From: Blastocladiella emersonii ATCC 22665
Taxonomy: Eukaryota; Fungi; Blastocladiomycota
NCBI GenBank assembly: GCA_025594325.1
Contig: JANHCV010000001.1
Location: forward strand, 4,092,001-4,156,000
Length of the DNA: 64,000 bases
Reading direction: 5' to 3'
Shown: positions 47,271 to 56,640 of the stretch, piece after piece
How positions within the stretch are numbered: position 1 is the stretch's first letter
How the letters are laid out: each line of letters begins with the position of its first letter
Position numbers and translations under genes: made by a program
Notes under the pieces: generated by a model
Databases searched by the model: none
Seen by the model: only the letters and a program-made list of their open reading frames with translations
What the model was told of the DNA's origin: nothing

Positions 47271-48038
47271 ATGTTCGCCAAGACCCTCCTCATCGCCACC
47301 GCCGTCGCTGCCGTCGCTGCCGCTCCCTCGGCCAACTACAACGCTGGTGCCGCCTCGCCCGCCGAGGTCGCCCCCGTTGCTGGCGGCTACAAGGCTGGCG
47401 GCGCCTTGCCCGTCGTGGCCGTCGACCCCGCCCATTCCGGCTACAACAAGGCCGCGCCCGTCGTCGCGGTCGACCCGGCCCACACCGGTTACGGCAAGGC
47501 CGTCCCCGCCGCGGTCGACCCCGCCTCGACGGGTTACAGCAAGGGCGCCGACGTCCTGTACGAGAAGCCCGCGCCCGTGGTCGCTGTTGACCCCGCCTCG
47601 ACCGGCTACAACAAGGCCGCCCCTGTCGTTGCCGTGGACCCGACGTCGACCGGCTACAACAAGCCCGCGCCCGTTGCCGTTGACCCCGCGGCTGCCACGC
47701 CGTGCACGACCTCGGCCGTCGCCGCCGCCGAGCCCGCTGCCACGACGCCGTGCGACAAGCCCGCCGCTGCTGCCCTCGACCCCGCCTACATGACGGCGGC
47801 TGTCGACCCCGCTGCCGCGACGCCGTGCGCTACGGCCGTGGCCGAGGCCCGCCCCGCCGCTACCGGCGCGTACGAGGCCGGCTACGGCAACAAGGACGCC
47901 AAGGCGGTCCCGACGCAGGTTGCGTCCAACTACCTCAACGCGGGCGCTGTCTCGCAGCAGTCGTCGTCGGCCAGCGCTGTCACGGCTGGTGTCTCGGTCG
48001 TCGCCGCCATCGTTGGTGTTGGTGCGCTCCTTATGTAA
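47271..48038 (+). CDS. Secreted, probably GPI-anchored repeat protein, 255 aa
   Basis: Signal peptide MFAKTLLIATAVAAVAA; AVDP..GYxK repeats; C-terminal small residues (SSSASA) followed by the hydrophobic tail VTAGVSVVAAIVGVGALLM. Confidence 0.85.
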   Translation: MFAKTLLIATAVAAVAAAPSANYNAGAASPAEVAPVAGGYKAGGALPVVAVDPAHSGYNKAAPVVAVDPAHTGYGKAVPAAVDPASTGYSKGADVLYEKPAPVVAVDPASTGYNKAAPVVAVDPTSTGYNKPAPVAVDPAAATPCTTSAVAAAEPAATTPCDKPAAAALDPAYMTAAVDPAAATPCATAVAEARPAATGAYEAGYGNKDAKAVPTQVASNYLNAGAVSQQSSSASAVTAGVSVVAAIVGVGALLM

Positions 48039-48107
48039 GCGCGACGAGGTCTGTCTTGTAAACGATTGTATATACGCATAAAACATCTTGATCATCATCT
48101 ATTCTAC

Positions 48108-48716
48108 TCACGCCTTGGGCGCCTGAACGCGCTCCCACGTCGTGGCGGTCTTGGGCAGCGGGAACTCGTCCGAACGATCGCCCGCGTGTGCCTTGAGCGT
48201 GCACCCACGGAGTACACGGGCGTCGAGGTTGCCGCGGGGCAGGGTCCACGTCTGCGCGACGGTCCAGTCCTCGCCATACATGCCGAACAGTTTCACGGCG
48301 CGCGTGTCGATGTCCATGAGCCAGGCGCCCTCGCCGCCAGCCTCGGGGCACGGGGTGGTGGCGGTCGGCGGGCACTTGACGGGGGTGGCGAGCGTGTAGG
48401 ACCCGTCGCGGCGCAGCGTCAGCGTGTGCTTGGGCGTCACCTTGAAGGTGGCCGGGAGCGTGATGGGCTCGGCCGGGTTGGCGGCGGCGGCGGTCGCGGC
48501 TGTGGATGCGTCGGTGTGGTCCATGGTCGCGTCGTGGTCGTTGGTCGTCGTGATCAACGGGTTGCGCAGAGTTACATGGCAGCGAGAGAGCGGAGTGGGA
48601 GAGCGTCAGCGAGCGAAGACCGACGCGTCGCGATGGCGAGGCTTGGACGCACCGTGAGCGGCGGCCCCCAACACCACGAGGAGGGCGAGGACGAAAGCGG
48701 AGACGAACGCGCGCAT
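48108..48716 (-). CDS. Small secreted protein, family unknown; exon 1 48716-48653 (signal peptide), intron 48652-48500
   Basis: Exon 1 reads MRAFVSAFVLALLVVLGAAAH; a GTGCGT..GCTGAC..CAG phase-1 intron joins it in frame to ORF 48108..48557; homologous to the 49365 gene. Confidence 0.75.
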
Positions 48717-49364
48717 GCTGGAGACTCGGGATCAATCGTGGCGAGGACGGCCGGGTTGGGGGAGAAGCGAGAGCGAGGCACGCGCGCGCAGGCCTTGAGG
48801 GCGGGGGAGGCCGAGCAGCGCCACCCGCGGCCGGCGAGCGCGCGCACGGCAGAGACGAGCTCATGCTCGACGTAAGCGGCAAGCTCGCCGGGTTACATCA
48901 TCGTCTAAAAGCTTGCCGATGAAACGGAAGGAGGACCGACCTGCGACGACGCGTCGCGAAAGAGATGCCCACTCGACGGCTCTCACGTTTCGGTCGCCGC
49001 CGTCGCAAACGGCAGCTGCGGCCCGGGTCCGTCACCGAGCGTCGGCGCTGAGTCGCCGAGCAGCGATCATGACGCGCGGTGCGCTCGCTGCGCCGGCTCA
49101 GATGTCAAGCGCGCGACGCCCGACTGCAGCGGGCGTTGGCCTTCCCTGCTGAGCCACCACGTCCCGGCGACAGGCGACTCTCGCGTGGCGGTAGACTTTC
49201 AGCTTGGGACGCGTCAAGAAGGCGGTGATGCGCAGACGTGGGGGACGGCGACCGCGGCGGGGACTATTAGAAGGCGGTGGCCGCCCGCTCGCGTCGACGT
49301 CCATCTCCAAGCTCCATTGCTGCAACTACTCCCCACTCTACCATCCTACTTCATCCGACCGACG

Positions 49365-50011
49365 ATGATCAAGAAGCTGCTGTCGATCGTGCTCGCGGCG
49401 TCGGGCCTGACGGGCGCCGTCGGTGCGCGCCGGCCGCTGAAACGCGACGCGTCGTCCATGGCCTCAGTTCATCTGCTGACTCCCCCCTCGCCCGGCTCTC
49501 GCTCTCTCCCCTTCATCGCGCCGCGATTTGGATGCAACGCTACGCTGGCCCCATGTTCACCATGCAAGTCGCCCTGCCGACCACCTCGACCACCTCGGCC
49601 ACCACGCCCGCGGCCGTGCCGTCGCCGTTCCCGCTGCCGGCGACGTACCGCGCGGGCTCGGGCGCCGACGAGCACCGGCTGACGCTGCTCGAGGACGGCA
49701 CCTACACGGTGCGCACGCTGGCGCGGTGCATCATGGCGCCGTGCCCGCAGGCCGGCGGCGATGGTGTGTGGACCTACTCGGCGTGCGACCGCGCCCTCAC
49801 CCTGCACCAGGCCGTGTCGCCCAACTGGCGCGTCACGCAGGTGTGGCAGCTCGGCGCCGGGTCGCGCGACGCCGACATGTCCGTGATCCGCGGGTCCAAG
49901 CTCGTGGCCGCGCGCGGCGACCGTGCCACGTCGTACCCGATGCCCGAGGCGCTCGTGGACTGGAACCGTGAGACCGCCTTCTCGTCGTCGTCGTCGGACT
50001 CGTCGGACTAG
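49365..50011 (+). CDS. Small secreted protein, paralog of 48108..48716; exon 1 49365-49422, intron 49423-49568
   Basis: Exon 1 reads MIKKLLSIVLAASGLTGAV; a GTGCGC..GCTGAC..AAG phase-1 intron joins it in frame to VALPTTS...; shared domain with the minus-strand paralog. Confidence 0.75.
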
Positions 50012-50264
50012 GCTGGTGTGTGATTCTCGGTGTGACCTCGTTGGCGTGCATTCCTCTCTATCAAAAGCAGTACCCGTAATAAACGGGATATCCGGATAAT
50101 ACCTGCATGTCCCACGTGAGGATTCTGGGCGTCGCGCGCGACACGTCAAACGCGGCGGCGACTTGGCGTCGAGACTTCCCTCGCCTTCTCTCTCCTCTCT
50201 CTTTCTCTCGCGCCCCAACATCCGCGTCTCGCACACCCCCCTCTCAAACTACGCGATCGACACC

Positions 50265-52910
50265 ATGGGAAGACGCTCGCGCAAGCCCGCCGCGTCGCGG
50301 GGCCCGGCCGCCGCCGCCACCCACGCCCTGCTGGTGCTCGTCGTGTGCCTCGCCCTGGCACGCGCCGCCTCGGGCGCCGTGCTCGGCATCGACTACGGCA
50401 GCGACTGGTTCAAGGTCGCCCTCGGCCGCCCCGGCAAGCCCATCGACCTCGTCCTCAACCGCGAGTCCAAGCGCAAGACCCACTCGCTGCTCACCCTGCG
50501 CACCGACGAGCGCTTCTTTGGCACCGACGCCGCTGCCCTGGTGCGCTCGCTTCCTTGTACTGAGTGTGTCTCGATCCGACGCTGACGATCGTCCAAACAC
50601 AGGCGCCGCGCTTCTCGACCACCACCTTCCCGCACCTCAAGGTGCTCCTCGGCAAGCTCGCCAACTCGACCGAGGCCGAGCGCTACGCCGCCCTCTTCCC
50701 GCCCGAGATCCTCGCCGACGCCGACCGCGGCACCGTCCGCTTCGCCGGACTCAACAATGACTCGTACTCGGTCGAGGAGCTCGTCGCCATGCAGCTGAGC
50801 CACGCCCGCGCCCAGGCCGAGGACTCGCTCAAGAAGCCCGTCAAGGACGCCGTCATCACCGTACGCTCGCGTGTTCTTTGCCTCGGAAGATCCCCCGGAC
50901 TGACAACGCGCGGCACCCATGTAGATCCCGCCCTACTTCAACCAGTTTGAGCGCGAGGCGCTGCTCGCCGCCGCCGACCTCGCCGGCCTGCGCGTCCTGT
51001 CGCTGCTGCACGACGAGACCGCCGTTGCCATCAACTACGCCCTCTCGCGCCAATTCAAGGAGCCGCAGACCCACATCTTCTACAACATGGGCGCCTCGTC
51101 TACCTCGGCCGCCCTCGTGCGCTTCGAGCAGGACCGCAAGGCCACCAAGGTCATCGTCAAGGCCGTCGGCTACGACGCCTCGCTCGGCGGTTCCACCATC
51201 GACGCCTCGCTCGTCAAACACCTCGAGGCCGCCTTCACCGAGAAGTTTGGCAGCAAGCTCACCACCCCGCTCGCGTCCAACCCGCGCGCCCGCACCAAGC
51301 TGCTCCGCGAGGCCGCCCGCGTCAAGACCATCCTGTCGGTCAACTCGCAGATCCACTCGTCTATCGAGTCGCTGCACGAGGACCACGACCTGCGCCTGAC
51401 CATCACGCGCGCCGAGCTCGAGGCCATGGTCGAGCCGCTCGCCGACCGCGTCCTCGCCCCCGTCCGCGCCCTGCTCGCCTCCCCCGACGCCAAGGCCGTC
51501 GACTCGCTCGTCCTCGTCGGCGGCGGCGTCCGCGTCCCGCAGATCCAGCGCTGGCTCGAGTCGACCGTCGGCGCCGACAAGATCGCCAAGAACGTCAACG
51601 CCGACGAGGCTGCGGTCCTCGGCGCCGCGTACCGCGCCGCCGTCCTCGCCCGCGCGTTCCGCGTCGGCCGCGATATCCAGGTCACGGACGGTCTCCCCTA
51701 CGCCGTCAACATCGGCAAGGCGACGCTGTTCGCCGCCCAGGCGCCCATGGTCGCCCCCGCGGCCCCCGGCACGATCGGCTCGGCCGTCGCGCCCGGCGTC
51801 CTCAAGACCGTCACGATCCGCAAGACCGAGGACTTTGACCTCACCCTGACCGTCCCCGGCAACACCGGCGGCGCGGCCGTCCCGCTCGCGTCCATTGCGT
51901 CGTCCGGGATCAACGCGTCGTTTGTCGAGCAGAAGCTGACGTTCAAGCTGGACCCGCGCGGCGTCGTGTCGCTGACCAACGCGACGGCGGTCGTCAAGGA
52001 GTCGCGCGCCGGCGGGCTCCTCGACAGTATCGTCGGCAAGACGTCCGAGACCAACTCGACGATCCAGCTCAATGTGACGGTGACGCCGCGCATCGCGCCG
52101 CTCGCGGCCGACCAGCTGCTCGCCGCGCAGACGCGCCTGCGCAAGTGGGACGCGGCCGAGCACACGCGGCGCGCGCGCGAGGCCGCCCGCAACTCGCTCG
52201 AGGCCCTCGTCTACCAGGCCCGCGACCGCGCCGATTCGGATGACCGCCTCGCCAAGGTCGCGACCGCCGACGAGCGCGACGCCCTGCTCGCCGCCGCCAA
52301 GGCCACGGGCGACTGGCTCGACGAGGCCGACGACGACGAGGCCACCCTCGACGCCCTCAAGTCCCACCGCGCCGACCTCGCCGCGAAACTCGACGCCCTG
52401 TTCGGCCGCTGGACCGCCGTGCAGACCGCGCTCGACCAGATCCGCGCCGACTTCATGGAGCTCAACGTCACGAGCACCTGGGCCGACGAGTACGCCGACC
52501 GCGACAAGTTCGCCGTCGACGAGGTCCGTGCCAAGGCCGACGAGGTCCACGCTAAGGTCGAGGAGCTCCGCCGCGAGCTCGCCCGGGCCGAGGAGGAGCG
52601 CATTGCGCGCGAGAAGGCTGAGGCTGAGCGCAAGGCCGCCGAGGAGCTCGCCCGCCAGGAGCTCGAGCGCGCCGCGGCGGAGGCGAAGAAGGCCGCCGAG
52701 GAGGCGGCTAAGGCGGAGTCGGCTCCCGCGGCCGAGTCGTCCACGTCCGCGGCTGCTGCTGAGTCGACCTCGGCCGCTGCCGCCTCGGAGTCAACGACCG
52801 CCTCGTCCTCGTCGGCGCCCGCGGCGGAGGAAACCACCGCCAAGGCGTCCGAGACCGAGGAGGCGGCGCCCAAGCCCACGACGGCGTCCGACGCCCACAC
52901 CGAGCTCTAA
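50265..52910 (+). CDS. LHS1: ER-lumenal Hsp70-family nucleotide exchange factor GRP170/HYOU1, 839 aa, introns 50541-50602 and 50861-50924
   Basis: Signal peptide, then VLGIDYGSDWFKVAL, VLNRESKRKT, YSVEELVAMQL, IFYNMGASST, LVGGGVRVPQIQ and NVNADEAAVLGA; C-terminal HTEL. Confidence 0.93.
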
Positions 52911-53064
52911 GCCGCGCGTTGTCCGCTTCGGGTCGATAGCTTTGTGCCGATCAGATCTTAGCTCAGTCCAACATGTAAACTTCACATCACCATCATCACT
53001 TGCAGGAGAGGGCGATCAAGTCAGGAAAAAAATAAATAAGGGACAAGTCAATCACAGCGGAGCG

Positions 53065-54693
53065 TCAGGACAGCGGCGACGCGACCCGCGCACCGCCCGT
53101 CTCGCGCCGGACGCCCGACAGCAGCGCTTGCGTCGAGGCCAGGCGCCGCGAGATGGCGTCGCGGAGCTGTTTCGCTTCTTCGAGAACGTGCTCGGGCGAG
53201 GTCGAGCTGGATGCGGGCGCGGCGACGGCGGAGGTGGGTGGTGGCCGGTACGTCGAGGCTGCTGCTGCCGCTACTGGTGGCCGAGACTGCGAGGCTGCCG
53301 GTGCCGCGACTGGTGGCGGTGGTCGGCTTGCTGCGGGTGCCGAGGCGAACCGCGAGAGCCCTGGTTGGACGGCCTGGGCGGTCGAGATGGCGGCGGCGGC
53401 GGCGGCGGCGGACTCGGGGCGCTGGAGAATGACGCCGCGCAGCGTCTCAACCTCAAGGGTCAAGCGCGAGTTGTCCTTGCGGAGGAGCTGCTGCGCGTCA
53501 GTCAAAAGCTGTCAACAGATCAGACAACGGCGGAGAATGTACCTGGTTGTGGTCGGACAGCGTCCGATTCTCGTCCTCGAGCACGCGATGTCGCTCGGCC
53601 ATGGCAGCCTGGCGCGACTCGAGCGAGGTGATGCGCTGCTGCATGCCGCGTAGCGTCGCCTCGAGGGTCGCGAGCGACGACTGCAGCTGCACCACGATGG
53701 CGTTGACCTGCTCGACGGGGACGCTGTCGCCCCCGTCCCCCGCGGCGGCGGCGACAGCGGCAGCGTGACGCCCGTTGGACTGGACGAACATGCCGTTCGA
53801 CCGCACTGCGTGGGCGGGAAACGGCGGCGAGGCAGCAAACTCCTGCTCCAGCTCGTGCTGCAGCCGGCGCTCGTCCTCGGCCTCCGAGTCGCTGCTCAGG
53901 TCTGATGTCGATGGCGGCTGTTTCGGCGGTGTGCTGGGCGCGGGCGCGCTGGATGGCGGTGCGGGGGTGGGGACGGTGAATGAAATGTCGGCGGGTCCCG
54001 GCCTCGATGGTGGGTGGTGGTAGAGTGGCGGTGCGAGCTGGGACGTCGAGTGGGATGGGCGAGGGACGCCGCCGGATGCAGAGGATGGTGGGCGTCGTGC
54101 GCGGTGTGCAGGCGTGGGGTTCGAGGTGGCGGCGCCCGAAAGCTTTTTGAACCGCGAGATTTCGGCGACGCGGTCCTTGACTCGGCGCAGCAGGTCCATG
54201 AGGAACATGAGCTTGCGCGCAGCGTAGCCGGGGAGGAAGAACTAGGAAGCAAGCGAGTGTGAGTGGGATCGGCGAAGGTGGGTCGTCTGGTCGACAGAAC
54301 GCACCTGGTCGATAGTGATGGATGGTTTGTAGGAAAAGTCGTCACGGAGCATGCGGTACACGGTCTGCATGAACCGTTTGTCGCGCTTGCCGTGCAGGTC
54401 GTACCCGCGCGACACGATATCGGCGGTGAATGTCGGAAAAGCCTCGAGGAGGATCAAGTGGATGATCTGGAGGTACGCGGTCGGGATCCCGGAGCACAGT
54501 CTAGGCGGCCACCTGGGTCAGCCGAATGCCGAAGAAGTAGAAGCCCCGCACGAGCGCGTGGGAAATAGCAGGCTGAAGATTCATACTCCTCGGGATCGAG
54601 GTGTCCCGCGTGCTTGATACCCCGGAGCTCCGAGTGCAGCTGGAGCAGCAGGTTGCGCAGGTCTCCGGTGCCGCCAGAAGTCGTTGCCATCAT
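53065..54693 (-). CDS. CEP44: Centrosomal protein CEP44 homolog, multi-exon
   Basis: The spliced N-terminus MMATTSGGTGDLRNLLLQLHSELRGIKH..DPEELCSGIPTAYLQIIH..YDLHGKRDKRFMQTVYRMLRDDFSYKPSITIDQFFLPGYAARKLMFLMDLL matches my recollection of the CEP44 N-terminal domain ([28 protein letters not shown]); coiled coils follow. Confidence 0.85.
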
Positions 54694-55189
54694 GTCGAAC
54701 GAGTAGAATGCATGGAGTGTGATAAATTAAGCTGCTTGCACCAAGTGCTAGCGTGCGAGAGGCCTAGCGCACTGAAGGGTAGGGGAGGCGAGCGCGGCCG
54801 ACGCGCCGCCGACACACCTGCGACCGACCCCTGAAGCGCCTCACGTGCCCATGCTTCAGTGCGTGTCTGGCAGCGCGTGATCGCGTTGCGCCACATCGCG
54901 AGACAATCAGTCAACCACACCGCAAATGGTTTGCAGCACCGCAATGCGAGACAGTACAGTCAGTCAATGTATCCCGAGCACGCGAAGCCCATCGCACGCG
55001 TGTCGCCCGCGAACCGAGTGCTGATGTCCGCGTCTCGCACCAAGCCACCTTGATTGTGCCCGATGCTTGCCCGCGCATTCCCCTCATCCGCCCCCCTGCT
55101 GGAGATCGGAAGAGTCCTTCCGCTTGCTCCCTTGCTCCCTTGCTCCCTCGCTCACGCTTTCTCCAAACGAGCACATGTAACTTGGAACA

Positions 55190-56530
55190 ATGAATCAGGC
55201 ATATCGCTACCTCGACTCACCGCCGTTTGCGGATTGGGCCGCGACGGCACACGCCGTGGACGTGCCCACGTCCAACTTGTTTCGGAGCTACAACCTCGCG
55301 AGCTTGATCATGGTTTTCATCTCGTTCCCGTTTATGGTCTACACGCTCCATCAGCTCTTCGTCGTTCAAGGCCGCCGTGTATTCGCGCCGCGCACGTCAG
55401 ATTCGGCGAAGCTCCGCCCGCAGCCAAACGAAGCATTCATGGTCTCGTTTGTTCTGAGCTACCCGTGCAACGTCGCCTGGCAGCTCATGACGTACTTGGG
55501 CGTTGGACCGTACGCAGCGCGCCAGTTCTTTCAGAACCAGCGCTATAGTTTCTGCGCCATCGGGCTAATTCTATTCGTTGTCGGCATCGTTGGCTCCATC
55601 CCTCCAGGCGCGACCACTTTCGCGACTGGCTTTGATCAAAAACGCCTCCCGCTGTGGAAGCGGCTTGTCCTCGCGGTGCCGACGCCGAAGCCCAAGGCTC
55701 TCAACGCGCTCCTTTTCTATGTGCTTTGCTTCCACACCGTCACCACCATCACCACGAGCGTCGGACTCGGGCTTTCGTCGACGTGGGCCGAAGCTCGCGT
55801 CTGGCGTGGCCTCCAGTGGGCGACGTGGTGGCTGTTCTCCTACAGCATGGTCCTCCTTTTGGGCATTTTCGGCCTCCAACTTCTCATCGTCATCAACTCC
55901 AACGAACAGCAGCGTATGGTCACGGTCGTAGAGTCCGATCCGGACAGCTTCATGTCTCCCCGGGCCAGTGTTGACAGCGGGACCGCGTCAAACTCGACCG
56001 ACAAGGGCGCGGGGACCCGGTCAAACGAGGCCAAAAACGACAAGGTTGGGACTCGTTCCAACGAGGCAAAGATCGAGAAGACCGCCGTCATGGACCCGCC
56101 GACGCGCTCGACCAAGCGGAGCTTCTCCATTCGCTCAAGCTCGAGCGGGATTGGCAAGGCGAAGCGCCGCAGCGAGGCTGAAATCCAACGCCGCGCCCGC
56201 GCTCTCACGCTCAAGCAACTCCAGCTGACGATCCTCGCGACAGCAGTCCTGTTTATGGGCATGGTCGAGATCAACACGCTTGACATCGTCGGGTTCGAGG
56301 TGGTCCACGCCAACCCGCCGGACGGGCCGCTCATCAGCAGCTGGATCTACGTCTTGTCCGCTTCGATTCACTTGCTCAGCTCGGGCATCGCGTCGATCTG
56401 CTACTGGGGCGGGTGGGCCGTCTTCCTCTTGCTAAATCGCGCGAATAAGGCTTCGGGCGAGGAGCCTCGCCGCCGGGCCTCTTCGGGACACTCGAACCTC
56501 GATGCTGGGACGCTTTCTCGCGAGACGTAA
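55190..56530 (+). CDS. Intronless seven-transmembrane protein, GPCR-like topology, 446 aa; family unassigned
   Basis: Seven hydrophobic segments by eye, a long polar loop between TM5 and TM6 ending in RRARALTLKQL, and a basic Ser-rich C-tail. Confidence 0.65.
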   Translation: MNQAYRYLDSPPFADWAATAHAVDVPTSNLFRSYNLASLIMVFISFPFMVYTLHQLFVVQGRRVFAPRTSDSAKLRPQPNEAFMVSFVLSYPCNVAWQLMTYLGVGPYAARQFFQNQRYSFCAIGLILFVVGIVGSIPPGATTFATGFDQKRLPLWKRLVLAVPTPKPKALNALLFYVLCFHTVTTITTSVGLGLSSTWAEARVWRGLQWATWWLFSYSMVLLLGIFGLQLLIVINSNEQQRMVTVVESDPDSFMSPRASVDSGTASNSTDKGAGTRSNEAKNDKVGTRSNEAKIEKTAVMDPPTRSTKRSFSIRSSSSGIGKAKRRSEAEIQRRARALTLKQLQLTILATAVLFMGMVEINTLDIVGFEVVHANPPDGPLISSWIYVLSASIHLLSSGIASICYWGGWAVFLLLNRANKASGEEPRRRASSGHSNLDAGTLSRET

Positions 56531-56640
56531 ACGTCACAGACGCGTTCGAGAATGTGATAGCTTACCGCGATGTCCTTCATGTATATCATTTGACAATGGA
56601 AGCCGATTGTCAAAATCTCAATGTCTATGTTGTCTATAAA

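Noticed and set aside
52896-52910. HTEL instead of HDEL/KDEL at the end of LHS1
   Set aside because: HTEL is a known variant of ER-retention tetrapeptides and is not remarkable alone.
54975-55015. MCB/E2F-like CGCG motifs upstream of CEP44 (and TTGGCGCC upstream of separase at about 28495)
   Set aside because: CGCG-core words are too frequent in this GC-rich DNA to be significant without a genome-wide enrichment test.
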